A stretch of DNA of 64,000 nucleotides from Folioceros fuciformis (lineage: Eukaryota), in NCBI GenBank assembly GCA_049999805.1, contig JBNGIO010006150.1, forward strand, positions 103,661 through 167,660, written 5' to 3'. The notes under the pieces are model-generated. The model was not told the origin of the DNA. It made no database searches and saw only the letters and a list, made by a program, of their open reading frames with translations. Shown here one piece after another: positions 20,847 through 35,200 of the stretch. Each line of letters opens with the position of its first letter. The first letter of the stretch is position 1. A program made the position numbers and the translations under genes.

Positions 20847-21810
20847 ATGGTGCTGTGGGAGCTGACGTTGGCCACGGCCTATGTGCTAGGGCTGAAGAGG
20901 ACGTATCGGATTGCCCTCCGTTTGCAGCGAAAATTGCTGAGCCAGAGGTTTCCTCGCGTGCGCGGCTTTGTATACAGGTATGTGGTTCTCCAAACCCACG
21001 TATCAAGTCGTGGCAGTGATTGAGTGGCAAGCACGGTAGCCTGCTCGGATTGTTTGTCCGAGCGCATGGCAGATCTGGGCAGCACTCTCTAGAGTCTTTT
21101 TTTCGCTGGAAGCGATTGTTGGAGATGAGGACATTGCTGGGAATTGGAGAGTCAACTTAGTTGTGTTCTGTTGCAGGAGGACTCGGGATGTATTTTCTGT
21201 TGCTATAAGAGTTCACAAAGAGATTCAGCAGAGAGATATAGCGATTGGAAAGAGCGTGGGGAACCGCGTCTTGAGGTTTTTGGATCGCGTTCGACCCCAG
21301 GCCAACATCAGAGGCAATGCCAGCGGTACGACCTCCGTGCCAAGAATTGAGCACGGCCGAAGCAGTGCAGGATCGAAAGGTGCGTCTGGTAGTGGCAGGC
21401 ATGCTCGCGCTGTCAGCAAGGCTGAGGGTGCAACGTCTTCTGTGGATCATGTTGACCGGCATCACACGGTTGGCCTTTCCAGAGCGTCGGTGAGGAGTAG
21501 GATAACTGATGGACTTAGTAGATTCAGGCAGAGGCCTGCCACACGCTCGTTGCCGGTGATTGCGTTGGGACTCTGGTGGCAACCTGTGAGAAGACAAATG
21601 GAAATGGTTTTACCCAACAGGAGTGTCGTAGATTGCATCGGGTGGTCATCTTGGCATCGTCTTCCGGCATCTGCGGCTGGGCAGCTTCAATCATTCGAAG
21701 TTTCCAGAAGGATGGGCTCGGCAGCCGGTAGCTTGTATCGCCCGGATATTGCCGGATTGATTTACAGATCTGAGGGAGTTATTAGGGCCTTCTCTCCCAG
21801 ACAGCGGTGA
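20847..21810 (+). CDS. Conserved plant protein of unknown function (MVLWELTLATAY... family), 2 exons (20847-20977, 21177-21810)
   Basis: N-terminus MVLWELTLATAYVLGLKRTYRIALRLQRKL...R|RTRDVFSVAIRVHKEIQQRDIAIGKSVGNRVLRFLDRVRPQANIRG matches a plant uncharacterised family recalled from memory. A GT-AG intron joins the frames. Confidence 0.75.
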
Positions 21811-22515
21811 TGCCATGCACGCCCCGTTTCACTACCAGTGCCTAGCTCAAGTGAATTTTTATCCAGGAACCATTGCTCGGCAGGGTGGGATTGATGGTCT
21901 GCGATTTACCTCGTAGGGAGCCGAGGATGGCGCTCTGACCAGAGCTTGGTAACAGAAGATGCGACGTGGATTCACGTTCATTCTCACATTGTGCTCTCTT
22001 TTATGGTTGGTCAACTGTTTTGCGGAGCTCAGCATCGGAGTCATATCGATGAAGCAATTTTGGACGGAACGCGTTGACTGTAGTCTCAAGGGGGTCCTAC
22101 GACTCTCTTAAGGCGCCCGTTCAAACAAGCATGAAGATCCGCAGAGAAAATGAGACGAAGTACTGACTTCTGATCGTATCCGCGCCGCAAGTAGTTCACA
22201 TGATTTTGCAGGCTTTGCTAGTCTGTTCTTGCGAGAATTGATTAGGTACCCATCCACGCGATCACAGTGTAAGAGAAGAACAATGGAGCAAAATGCACTA
22301 CAATATTCTTCGCAATTGTAACGCAGGGCAAAATTTTGTTTCAACCTAGACTATCCCTGTGCCTATGTGAACAGTCGAGGCCAACTCCCATACCTGAATG
22401 GGAACAAGGACATGTCTCATGTCGAAGAGTTCTAAGGTCCTTACGAAAGGTATGTATACGCAATTACATATTGTACACGCGGAAGAAGGATTGAATGCCA
22501 CAATCCCAGGAAATG

Positions 22516-23948
22516 TCATCCATTCCCAACCAGTGTAACCAAAAACTGTCTATAAGCTCCAGATGTATCGTGTGAGATCATGTACTCCAATGTTTTGCCG
22601 TAGGATTTTAGAAATTCATCCTTGATGTACAACATGTCAACCTCAGCCCGTGTGACCACCAGTCGGATAAGTCTGTTATCGTCCGTTCCAAGGCCTTTCA
22701 TGGATTTGTACAGAGCCTGTATGAGATGGAAAATGGACGACGTCAGAAACACTCTGAACAGCACATACCCAGCTGAGGCAGGAACTGGCAAAGCTAATGA
22801 CATCAAGGGGGAGACGTACCTTTGCAAAGTAGTTTGCTGGATACACAGCGCGTACAACAGCTCGTAACGCTTTCCTGAAGTGGCCTGAGGTGTTTTTCTT
22901 CACCGCCTGCAGTTCCATCTCATTTCCTGAGTCCATCTCCCAAGAAGTCACTATCTATTCGCAGAATGCCAACCTCTGCCCAAGTGCTTACCTGCTCAAA
23001 ACTATGTCTGTATGTCTGGCTATAGATACTAAAGGTGGCCACCAGTTGGGCATTGTTACGAGTGCTCAAGATCCTGATGTACGTGCACTCGCTTGTTCCA
23101 GGTCCACCCTTCCCTGCCTTCTCCAGTTCCCTAGCTTCAGACTCCGCTGTCGATATGCAGATATCCAGTGTTCCAGGTCGATTAGGATTCAAGAGGGCCA
23201 AAAGGAGCTGCAGCGAAGGGAAGGGGTGCACACGTCAGACAATATTGCAGCTTCCCACTTTGTTTCAGTGATTGCAAAACATGCCAGAGACGAATAACGC
23301 GTCTCACCTTCTCAAAATCCCCACTGGTGTCAGACCTGATGTCCATTTCAAGATTACGCCCGTACATCGTACTATACGCCTGTTTAATGAGGTTGAGCTG
23401 CCCCGGCGTTCGGGTGCAGACAACATCAATCAACGCTTTCTCATCGGTACCTGCCCCTTTCAAGGCATCCCTCAGCAGATAAGCATCCCTCTGAACGGGT
23501 TCCATCATCCATAGCAGCACAGCTTTCTGCATCATCCGAAGCATGCGAGTCTGAGAACACTCGCTGAAATGCAACTTTCGCTTCCAGCTCTCCGCCACGG
23601 TCCAGACAACCGTTACGACCCTCACCTGTAGGTTACCGTGCAGTTCCGACTTGAGCCTGTGAGTCAGCTCTTCTCCGAATATTGCCCTGTAAGCGAGAGC
23701 AAGTTCGTATCGCTGATGCGCGTTCCGACGGCCGAGTATTTCTACAACTTTTTTGTCATTGCATCCGAAACCTGCCACCGCAGAACGAAAAGCGAGAGTC
23801 ATGGCCCCGAATGCAGCATTTCCCAAGCCCAAGCCAAGCCTTCCTCAGAAGCGGGGTCCAGAGTCGAGCTCCAACCTTTGAAGGCCTTATGCAGCTCCTT
23901 AGAGTCATCGCTGCTGTTCGCGTAGCGCGGAATCACAATCGTAGCCAT
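22516..23948 (-). CDS. Annexin (multi-exon)
   Basis: MATIVIP...ELHKAFKG|FGCNDKKVVEILGRR, LKSELHG, GAGTDEKALIDVVCTR, DTSGDFEK, GPGTSECTYIRILSTR, GLGTDDNRLIRLVVTRAEVD and DTSGAYRQFLVTLVG give four annexin repeats. Confidence 0.95.
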
Positions 23949-24536
23949 CAACACAGCAGCCGGGTTTCCACGCAGTCGATCTCCGATCAGCCGTGCTAGC
24001 CTCAGACAGATCGATGCCGCACGCAAAGGGAGGAAGCCACAATTGCGATCGACGCAAATGAGCCTTTGGACATTCAGATCCCGCGTTCCCCGCTCCTGGT
24101 GCACATATGTAAGCAACATAACAGAGCTCCAGGGAACCCCGTGTCGCCGACAGGCCCTGTACGGAGGCCAGCCCATGTGAACACGTGTATTAGCTCGTCC
24201 ATCGCAGGTTCTTCGCTGAGATTTCTGACAGAAAGGAAATACAATGTACTCATCGCTGTTTCAGACGCCTCGCTGGCCACGCAAATCGATGCGTCCTTTC
24301 ACGACGCGTTTCCCTGTTCAAAATTGTTCATTGTACATTATCTCGGTCCAGTTGAAGGGAACATTAACATTAACATTAATGCCATTGAATGTGAAGATGA
24401 GAAGTGGGCCATAGTCGCAAGCTGGTGGCTTCTCTTGTGGGACAAATTGGTGGGGACATCACATCCTTCTACAAGTCCTTATTCCGAATTAAATAAAATA
24501 TCATTTTACTTTAACGTCTCTTCTATGGACACTCAT

Positions 24537-27500
24537 CTACTTACGTACTTGCCCACCTCCCCAGGCGAAGGAATTGGTATAGATTTTGGGAGCTTGTCTT
24601 CGACCAAGTGGGTCGGATTGAAATAGGCGGGAGACATGCGTCGTGGGCAAGTTAGAGGATACACGGGGCAAGCTCCGTTTGCAAACTCCTGCAAACCATG
24701 TTTTCAAGGAATCAGATGCCACCGTACTTCCCAGTATGGAGAACAGATTGCAGGACGGGAGCTTGACACGTAGCAGGTGTACCTCACATAGCAGCAGCAG
24801 AAGCGTGTCGAGATCCACAACCATACCCGATCGGGACTCTTTCAGTACTGGTTGCAAGCGTCTCAAATAAACCGGGAGCCCAACTGGAGCCGCCACGTTG
24901 TAAGCGTTACCAAGGACACAGAGTGCCAGCGCCTCAGGTATGGCTGTTGCGCCCTGATTCATACATATGGTTACCATCTGGGCTTTCATCAATCAAGACG
25001 GCACCGAAGGCGAAGAGGCTGCTCGCCAGACAGATGCTTCCTTTTCGATCGATCGGTTTAAGAACTCTAACCTGTTGCCATTCACGCACCACCGCCCGCC
25101 AGTTGACTCCCAGCAGGTGCTTGATGCAGTACAGTACCTCTAAGTGGAAACGGAAGGCTTTGTGGTCGAAAAAGGGCTGTTGTAGACCACAGAACCTGGC
25201 GAACATGCTCACCTGAGGAAAGTTGACATTTTGTTAGGAGCAGTTTGCACTCGGGGATCTCGGCACCCAATTGGTGATTTTGAATACCTTGGGATCATCT
25301 ACGTAATGTGCGCAGCTGCCCAAGCACTCCAGAACTTTCCGTGGTCCTTCTTCTAGGCCGTGAATCTGATTTTTACATCCCAGAGCATCAGATCTCGGTG
25401 CTTGGCAACCACTCCAGGATAGACGAGGTGGACGTGACCCTGCTGCTGCCATAACATACCTCTCTTAAAATGATTTGCAATTTCATGACAATTCCATCGT
25501 CTGGACGAGTCCTAGAGTTGTTAGGGATCAATTGTTGAAGCTTCTCTAGCTCGCTCACACCTTCTGCGTAGATCCTAACGGCCAGTTTAATCAGTTTCTT
25601 CCTGCTCAACGCCATATCCGCATCGTTGGACAAAGAAAGAGGAGTGGCTGCATGGATAAGTGTCTCCGCATCGATTTGCTCCAGGTCCTCCGGGACCTGC
25701 ACACAACATTTGCTCTCAGCTGAGCAGTTGTTGCATCCCAAAGTCCTTGCGTAGGCTTGTAGCTTCCTTCGAATGCAAATTTAACCTGTATGAATCTGTG
25801 CTCATATGTTGTATCTGCATAAGTCCCCAAGTCCGCGCACTGTGTCGTAGCCAGATAGGTGGGCTTAGCTAGACCTTGCTCCCAGTCATTGTGGATGCTC
25901 ATCTTCTCGATGCGTTGTTCCCACTCATCGAGAAATTTCACTTTCTTGTCCCGTGGCTGTCTAGGCTTATCTGCCTGGACTGCATCTTCCACAAGCTGAC
26001 TTGTTTCTGATTCCACATCCGCCGTCAGCTCAAGTTCATCCAAGATCTGAGTGGTTTCAGAATCCACTTTCGCCTTGAAGACGTGCTCATCTGCGCACTG
26101 CTTGCGGATGATCTGCTCTTTCCTTTTATTTTCCTTCAACACTAGCTCCGCCAGTTGGACAAGTTCGGCAAGGCCAGTTTTGAGCAAAGCCACCTGCTTC
26201 GTGATCCTTCTAAGAGCACTGCTTTCCTCTGCCCACACACAACGCATCTGTTCCCGAGCGATGATTGGATGGTTACTTGTTTACTCATCTGGACCCTGAT
26301 GGCCGTACGTCTCACCTATCTCAAGTATCGAGCCCGTCTGGCCAAAGAAATGGGCACCCATATGTACCTGAATGAACAGATCATCCTCAAAGGACCTGCT
26401 TTCAGCAATAAGTTGTTCTTCAGTCTCCACCCTGTTCTTCAGATCAATGGCCAACTGAGCCCTGTAGAACTGCACTGTCATGATTCGAGTGTAAGCGACC
26501 AACTCTGCAGATCCAGTACGTTCGTGCAAAGCATGAAATACTTGCCTGATTGGACTTCTTTAGCAAAGCAGACTTTAGCCTCAGCAGCAATGGCGGTTCA
26601 CTGCCCCAAAGACTCACGCATCAGTGAATTAAGCCATACAGTCAATCGCATATGCCGCCGTGCAGGGTATCAGATCTGTACCTTTTCACAGTACCTATGT
26701 ATGTAAGGTGTGACTGAGCTGCAACTGACTCAATATTCGTGATGTCAACTGTTTGGCCGTGATGAGGGTCACCATAGCCCACAGATGGGTCCAAACATTC
26801 GATGTGTGACTTTGCATCAATCAAATTTTTGAAGAACGCCCGCGCGTACCAGACAAGCTGATGAGCACTATGGAGATCTCGTACCAGGACTTCGTTTGCT
26901 TTCTCCAGTTCCACAACGTGGTTCTGTAGAATTATCCCAGTTAGGGCTGCAATGGACTACTGACTGTAGCTGCTCAGTCCGCAGCCAGTTGTAACAGTCA
27001 CCACAAGCTCAGCCTATTTAGTTGCTCTCAAACAGCATAGCAGACCAACAGAGTGGGAGCACCTCTGACTCCCTGAGCTGAACATCCATGGACATGGTGT
27101 CATGATTACTGGCCAAGTATGCTTGTATGGCACAATCTCTCTCCTCTTTCTCGAATACTAACTCCTGAGAAAGCCTAACAACCTGCAGAATTATGCCCTC
27201 TCAATACACACATAAATTGACCTACTTATTTTAAAGAATCGGTCAAGGGCAAAAAACGATCTTAACATGTGCCTGTTTTACGAGTCATGGGTAGAATCAG
27301 AGAACTAACCTGTGCCTGCAACTCCTGAACCTCATCTTTGAGCTTTGACATTTCATCCTTGTCTGCTGCGACCGTCAGCTGCAGAAGTCGCATCTGCAGA
27401 TTGTGATACAATTAGTTTAGGACCAAGTCACTATTGTACCTGTGTTCTTTTGCTGGACATCAGAAGACACCTCGAGGCTAGTGACTGGCGAAATACTGTG

Positions 27501-30500
27501 TGTTTATGCATGAGTGGGTGTAAAAGTCGTACCTTTTCTGTCATGTCTTCGTGATCCTTCAACAGTGCTATGCTTTCCTCATGGGCCTGAGGCAATGACA
27601 AGAACCATGAGACAAACAGCATCCTTATTAGAATCTCTGGGCCTAAAAGCACAAAGATTTCACCTGCGAAGCCCTCTCCTCTTGATGTTGAAAATCTTGC
27701 ACAAGGGTAGTTATTCTGTCTTGCAAATCCTGTAGAGCTACATTAACTTAAGGCTTGTAGTCAAATTGACCCTGGCAGTTGTGAAAGACATGAAGCACAC
27801 GTTATCCTCTTACAGTGATGAAGTTTTTTTCACTTTCAAGCTCTTCATCTTTCTTGTCCAACAATGCCTGTGTTTGGAGGTCCTTGCTAGCTGCTTCGGC
27901 CTTTTCATACTCCAAAGTTCTTGAAAGTCGTTTGCAGGCTGTCGTCTGTTCAAATAGCTGCACTTCTAGATCTCTCCTTTCCTTTGTCTCCATTTCCAAT
28001 CTAAAGCAGCAGATCGGCACAGGGATCAGACCACAGTGCAAAGTTTGCCACTGCCATTGACTTCAATGCACACACAAAATTTTTGATGAAACAAAGTTCT
28101 ACCACCTTCTTTCAACCATGGTATGTTTCCTCCACGTGGACTTGAAGACGTTTCTTAGACTCCGAATGTGCTGACTGGCCGCAATGACTATTTTCTGTGT
28201 CTTGATTAATATGTCACAACTATCCCAATCTGAAGCCAGTAGATCATCAAGACATTCAAATGCCTCGCCAAGGGCCATGGACATTTCATCTGTAGCTAAT
28301 GGGTCTGTCCGAGTTAATGAATCAATGCTCTTTCGAGCCTCAGCTACAAACAATGCGTCATTTGCACTCCCAAGGTGACATAGTCGCTGAGAAATTTTGT
28401 GCTGACATATTGGGTCCTCCGTTAAGCTGCTATGTAGCTGCTCAGCTACATTACTCATAATCTCTATCCCACCAAGAAGTTCAGATGTTCTTTTCTTCTC
28501 CTGGTGATAGAGGTTCTCCATACCCAAAACAGACTGTTCAAGAAACTTGCTCCTCTGCATCAGCTCAATGCAAACGCAAGAAAACATTAAGGCACTTTTT
28601 TAAAAGAGTAGTGGATAATGTATACACGAGAGGTGTGGAAGGTGCCCTACATTTTCGTGTTCAGTGACTTTGTTTTCTGTTCCCAATAGTGCACATTCAA
28701 ACGTTTGCCCCTTCTTCTCTAGCTGTGCGCACTCTTTGAACAACTTTTCGTGCAAAACCTCAATATCCGAACACCTCTGTGCAGAGCATCCAAAGCACAT
28801 GCCTCAAGGAAAAAAGCCATCGCAGAGGAGGCTTTCATAAAGGAGCGCACAGGCAAGGACTTTCAGGAAAGAAAATTACCTTTTGCAGGTCTCGGTACTT
28901 CACTTTTGTTTCTTCGTGCCAATCCCTTTCTCGTTCTAGTTCTTCCTCCACAGCTTCTAGTTGTGAAAGCTTCATCTTTGCGTCCAGAAACTCTGCTTTC
29001 TGGGCCATGTATGCGGCGTCCATTCTCTGATCGCCCCAACGTATGTCATTTACACTTGTGAACCTTTCTCTTCGGTGCTTAGTGCAATGACTAGCTTGAG
29101 GATTTCCTTGCAACATAAAAAAGCTCACCTGGTTCGTGCACGTTTCATCATCAAGCTCCGTCTGCAGAAGCAAACTCTGCCATATCAGATGCATCGAATG
29201 CTGACAGGTTACGTCCACCAACAAAAATTGGGTGGCAAATCAGTGCCTGAAGTCTCGTGACCAAAGCTGCTTCCTCTTCTGCCCTTTGAACAGCAACTTT
29301 TTCTGACCGGCGTAATATATGCAGCTCAGCTTGCAGGGTCTCGTATTGCTGAAGGATTGTCTTTGCAGCAGCAGCCTGCTGACCAGCTTCGGTCTCAGCT
29401 TCAAAACGAAGTGAGCTGTCCCGTTGTGATACTAAGATCAGGCCCTCTGGGCATTAAGCACCCCAAAATTTCAAACTACATGCAGCATTTTGAGGCAACA
29501 CAAGGGGAAATTGAGGTTTATCATGGAGCTAACTCTGAGGAGCGTACGGAGACAAAGGATTTTGACTCACATTTCTTTGTTGAGTGCTCTTTCCAGGCCT
29601 ATTTCTGCAGGATGAACAAATAGACAATCGTTAGCAATCCAACTTCAGAGTCGAGACGGCAAGAAAATACAACAGGACAGTCAAAACCAGCACATGGGCA
29701 CACAACCATTAGGTGAGGGCTACTCTGAAAGAAAATGGATTATGTACTAGTTTGTATCAAATCTGTTATCTGATCTTGAAACCGTGGTTGATCGTCCTTT
29801 GCTTCCTGCAATTCTTTCTCAAGTTTTGATATCCTTGTTGTTAAGTTCCTTTGCACAAATTCACTGGAATATTGCTCCTGTATTCATTACAAACCGTTGA
29901 CGTGGTGGACCTCTAAAGTTTTCCAACAAACTATTTCAGCACAACTACACCAGAAACTAGCTGGTAGTCTGAAGTAGACCTGTTCCAGCGCTGTTTCAGA
30001 AGAGGAAAGCTTCTCATGTAACTTTTTCTCCTCTTCCCCAAAACATGACAGCTCCACCTGGAAAACATTAATATCAGCACAAACTCAAGTTCAGCTCTCC
30101 AACTTCGATCAAGGGGGCCTGAGAAGAGTGCCTTCAACTGTCCTTCCAGCCTCTGTATCTCGCTTTGCAATGCTTCAAGTTGACCGTTGAATTCCATAAT
30201 CTTCAGTGCATTCACAAGGTGGAAATAGTGTGTCCAAACTGTCCACAGTAGCTGTGATCGCTCTTTGCAGTTCAATTCTACCTGAGAATTTCCAAAACCT
30301 GCAGGTCAGCTTCCTGTTGCCGTTCCTCTCAATGGGGCAGAATCACAGGAAGCTCACCTGCCTAACAATTTCACAAAACGCCGTGTTGTAAACAACCAGA
30401 GCTGCCTCTGCCATGGCTATACCGTTTCTGCTGGTGGTGGTGTCATCTTCATTATCCCTTCTCAGTCCTTTCATAGAAGCAGCCTGTACATGGCAAGCAG

Positions 30501-31541
30501 CAGGTGCAGCAGCAGGGAACCGAATCTGCTCTACGTTCAATAATATGCCAGCTAGCCACTGCTCCAGCATGAGCACATCCTCTCTACGAGTAGGGCAAGC
30601 TGATGGGAAGATAACATGCTGCCACTGGCCTGTGAAGATGCAAAAGACAAGTTCACATGCACTGAAAGCAGAAAAGGAAACAACAAAGAAACGTCAAGCT
30701 TGAGCACTTGAATGCACGTACCTGTTGGCTGGTAGACCACTTCATTGACCTTCTCATCACGAATGTAGATCGGATGGTCTTCTGCGTACTGTACTAGACT
30801 CTTGATCCAAGTGAGATCGGAGTGCTCAGTTCTCACTCTCCAAGTGACTGAAGCAGAACCCGCGCCTTTGGGGACCTCACCACTATTTTCAGTAGAATTC
30901 CCCTGAAACAAACCGCAGAACACGGATTGTAGACTCGACTACAGACCTCAGGCTGCCGTGACCAAGCAGGCTGAAAATTTTACTCCTCACCTGCTCAGCA
31001 AACCGTACCCGAGGTCCTGCTGCAGCAGTCGCTGGACGCTGCTGCTGGGTGCAGCCCTCTGCCATTGAGTCACTTTCACCCTAATCATCACAGTTTTGCA
31101 ACGGTACTCAAGAACAAAACATGCTATTCACGACCAAGCCAGGGTTTGAGACGAGTTACAGAATCTCACCTGCAGCATATCTTTAGGGGAAGCGAGCACG
31201 ATGTTCCCCAATCTAGCGTTGCTTCTAAGACCCTTGGCAATGTACTCCTTAGCCAAATCAGGCACCACATTTCCACCATCATCTTTCGGACTTTTGCTGA
31301 TCAGCTCAGGCTTCTTCCTGTCCGCACCCTTGGGGATGTTTGACAGTTTGAACGCAGATTTATCTCGACCAGCAGTAGGCTCCCCTGCACCAGCATCCAC
31401 CCCCCTTGCCGGTGCCCTCCCAGGGCTGCCAGGTTTCCGTGAGAGCAGGCCTTCGGCGGCTTCATTTGCGATGCCGGAACGTAGACTCTCCCACTGCTCA
31501 TTGATGGCTCTGACGGCCCTGCTCCAGGAAGCCCGTATCAT
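24537..31541 (-). CDS. Large multi-exon coiled-coil protein of unknown function (possibly flagellar/centriolar)
   Basis: Chain of short minus-strand exons with heptad-rich translations (e.g. FNGQLEALQSEIQRLEGQLKA, LSQLEAVEEELERERDW) bounded by GT/AG. Start MIRASWSRAVRAINEQW; C-terminal globular part containing MFARFCGL. It could be more than one gene. Confidence 0.65.
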
Positions 31542-32233
31542 TTAAGCACAAGGCGATGCTAGTCTGAGCTTCAGGAGGGCCCTGGAATCCCAGAGTTGGA
31601 CAAAAGCTTGAGACAAAGGCTAACTTGGCACGCAGATCTCTGCTGCCGGACCAAGCAGTCGAGGGTCTCCTGCTTTGCAACAAGCTGTGGCGAGGCTCAG
31701 GAATTGGCTCGATTGTTCGTAATTCCTTCTCAGTCGCCACCCGCACTTCCATCTCCCGAGCTTCGCTGTGTGGATAAGAAAGGCGGAAAGATTGTTCTCC
31801 TCCTGCCGCCCGCTTTCACCGCTCGGGGACACCACACCAAGCCAAACTTCCAGACGACAACGGAACGTGAGCCGTCCGATGCGAACCGTTACAAGCAACG
31901 GGCTTTTGGTACAAATTTCTCTCTCGTACGTAACAAAGACACCCAAAGATACCTTGTAAGAAAAAACGCGACCCCATCCCCATTACTTTAAACATGACTT
32001 CGCTTCCTGGCTTCCACGTATCGAATGTGAACAAGTGCAATTAGGTCATGGGGGGACAGGGTCCTCACCGGACTTCTGTTACTGATCTCCCCCTCAGTAA
32101 CAGCTCAGTCTGACTTCATCACCTGGGTGTGTTTTGTTAGCAGTACGTGACACACCACGACACAGTGCCATAGGAGGAGGTGGCTGCGATGTTCCTACCC
32201 CTGCTGCCAGAAGCTTGCAAGCACTAGATATCT

Positions 32234-35200
32234 TCATGGGACTCTGGACTTGTACTTGATGTACATGTCAGTGACCACCTGGACAGGATCACCTTCTGCT
32301 TTGACTGGATATAAGTCCTTCCCAAGTTGCCACACGTTTGTCAAAGTAATCCACTCCCTTCTCCACTCGAGGAAGGGGAATGATGAGTTCTTGTGGAGAG
32401 ACTGTTGGAGTAGGTGTAAGAATATGGAGGCTCGAGGTAAGTAATAGCCTCGGATCAGCCCACTCCACATTTTGTTGGCTGCAATAGCACACGAGAAGTT
32501 CAGAGCAACGAATTAGGACAGATGGTAGGAAGTTCTGTGGTTTCATACCGTAGTCATGCAAGGGGCTTGGGACTTCGGGTGTGTTGTCGAACCACATTGT
32601 GAGCTGTGTTCGTGCATTCCATTCGTACTGTGCAGGAAGGAAGACATGCAAGGTTCAGTGTCTGCAAGTAAATGGCTTCTTCCATCTCAAGGGCATGCAC
32701 CACAGGTTTGATGGGGACTGCGGATGAGATGAGGCTCACCAAGGTCTTCTCCTCCTCGTTCGTGGCGAGCTGCTTGGCAGACTCTAACCAAGGGCCCAGG
32801 AGGAAGCCGTCATCGGTTGCTAAGAGGGTATCTATATCACCCAAAAGCTCCAGAAATGTGCTGGAGAGTTTCTTCAGTTCGACGGCATTTCCGGCCTGGT
32901 AAGCCTCGATAACTTGCGAGTATAGAGAGTTCGCCAGCTTTGCCAGGACCTGACGAGTGAGATCGACCAGGTCATATCTGCCAGATGAGCTGCCGAGGTG
33001 AGAACCTTCCTGACAGACGGGGCAATGCAACTGGAAGCACGTGAAGCTGGGTGCAGAGAGATAGAACCTGTAAGTCGGGAGGTTGTTGACGGAATCTGCA
33101 GACTCAAGGAGGAGACCAAGTGCCTTCACAGCTTCGGTTGGAGAGTACCATAGGTGTGGTACATGGCCCAGGAAGTCTGCCCTGACCCTCGAGATCTCTC
33201 TGGGTTCTTCCGAGCTGACAACCAGCTTCAATGTGGCATCGGGATTTATGTCTGGGAATTCGACGACGACGTCTCCATTGTGATCCTGGCTTAAGAAAAC
33301 ATGGAGGTCAGACACGGTCAGGAGGAAGAGTTCGTATTCAAACACAAATAATGACATTAATTAGTACCGCTATGCCGTCAGAGCAGTTGTAGATTGAACG
33401 CTGGAGTATCTGCCACGAGTTATGAGCTCCTGATGATCCTGCGCCATAGCGTCGTATGTTGTAACAATCGATCCAGTCCTGATGTCATACACAGCATTGG
33501 TACATTAGAACAGTATGAGGTGCACGTGTCAGAACAGAACACTCGATTCTGGTATGCGATGCGGAACATGAAACAGGAGGAGGAAATGGGCTCACCTCTG
33601 CTTGAACTTTGTCACTTCTGAATGCCATTTCGGCCATTAGATCATAGACCACAGGATTCTGCTCGATGCCTTCCATACACATGCCAACGCCAACCTGACA
33701 TACCCAAACTGGTCAGACACGGAATGGATTCACAGATTCACACGTCTGTAATGTGTGGCAAGAGCACATCGACGAGGAGTTTACACACCATGGTTGAATT
33801 TGGAGTCGTAGCAGCCTCCACTGGTCCTGTGCCCACAGCTAGCAGCCTTCCATACATCTCAATGTTCCCTCCAAAGTTGTGGAGCATACACCTGATTAAT
33901 GTGAAGGCTAGTCACAGAGCATTTCTAAAAATGAACCGCAGAAACAGCTGCTGTGTGTTCAACACATACCAGATATACGGGACACCATAAAAGTGATCAG
34001 AGCGCAACCACACTGGCTTCACATCAGCAAACAGATCGAGAACTATCAGTTTGCCGACCGGGACTGAGTGCAGTAGGGCCTACAACAGACAAGGGCCAAA
34101 GTCAAAAGCCTTCGACGGAGGATGCCATGGTACAAATGAACTGCTGAACCCAAGCTGAGTATGAACCAGGATCTGTGGTGGTCTCCAGAATTCTTCGTCT
34201 GAGGCAAAAAGCCAGCCCTGCACAAGCAGCCGCTCAGAGTAAGTTGGGGATGGCAAGGAAGGTCATAGGAGAGCTGAGAATACTCATGGAGAAGCAAATC
34301 ACCTGCATGAGCCAGACAGCATTGCTGTCACCTGAGCTCATCGCTTCATAGACAGCAGCTCCTAAAGATGAGATATACCCAGGATCACTAGTTGGGGGCT
34401 CATTCTCGTTAAATGTGTCACTGCATGATCACACATTATACTGCCTCACTGTAAAAGAATTGAAACCCATCAAGCAGTGGTTGAACGAGGACCCGCCAAC
34501 TCACTTCAGCAAGACTTCTACAGGTGCTTAATTGGAGTTGCGCGACAGACCAACCAACCAGTTATATATATGCTGTGTTCCTCCGTACTCTGCCAGCATC
34601 ACGAGCAAGACGAGTATGTAAGAAGCACCAACCTACAAACGACCTACCAATGACTGAGATGAACACGTTGGTATGAAAGGCTTATGAATACCTTTGATTT
34701 GTAGCTCTACAAATGCTTTTCCAATGACCAAAAACAATGGATCAGTGGGGTCGAGGAGATAAGTGCAGCACCATCTTTCGTCTCCGTCTACAGTGTTCCT
34801 GCACAAGAAAAAGAGATGGATACTGGCTCAGGCCCCTTGCCTTACATTTTAATCCAAAGAACGGGATCTTTAGTATTCACCAGTTCGGTAGCTGTGCGAT
34901 CTTGGCAGAAGGAAACGCCCTGAGCAGGGCGTGGGGTACGTTTCCTGTGAAAGCGGGTAACACTGCATCCTTGCAAACGAGACAACTCAGGTTTGAAGGG
35001 TAACAGACAGACCATCCGACAGAGGAACTGGTTGCGACAGGAGGAACCACAGGCATACCTGGTGTCATCCCAAACTCGCGCATCCGAGACAAGATCAGCT
35101 TCTGCAAACTCAGTTGAGAATCAAGCCATGTCTGAGGTAAGGGACCTCCCCACCTAAAAGACAGCCAACATCATCCAACCAAAGATCGGCATGGGGATCA

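Noticed and set aside
24884-24975. Apparent frameshift between ORFs 24934-25212 and 24537-24992
   Set aside because: A phase-1 GT-AG intron (GATG|GTAACC...CTCCAG|TTGGG) joins the frames cleanly.
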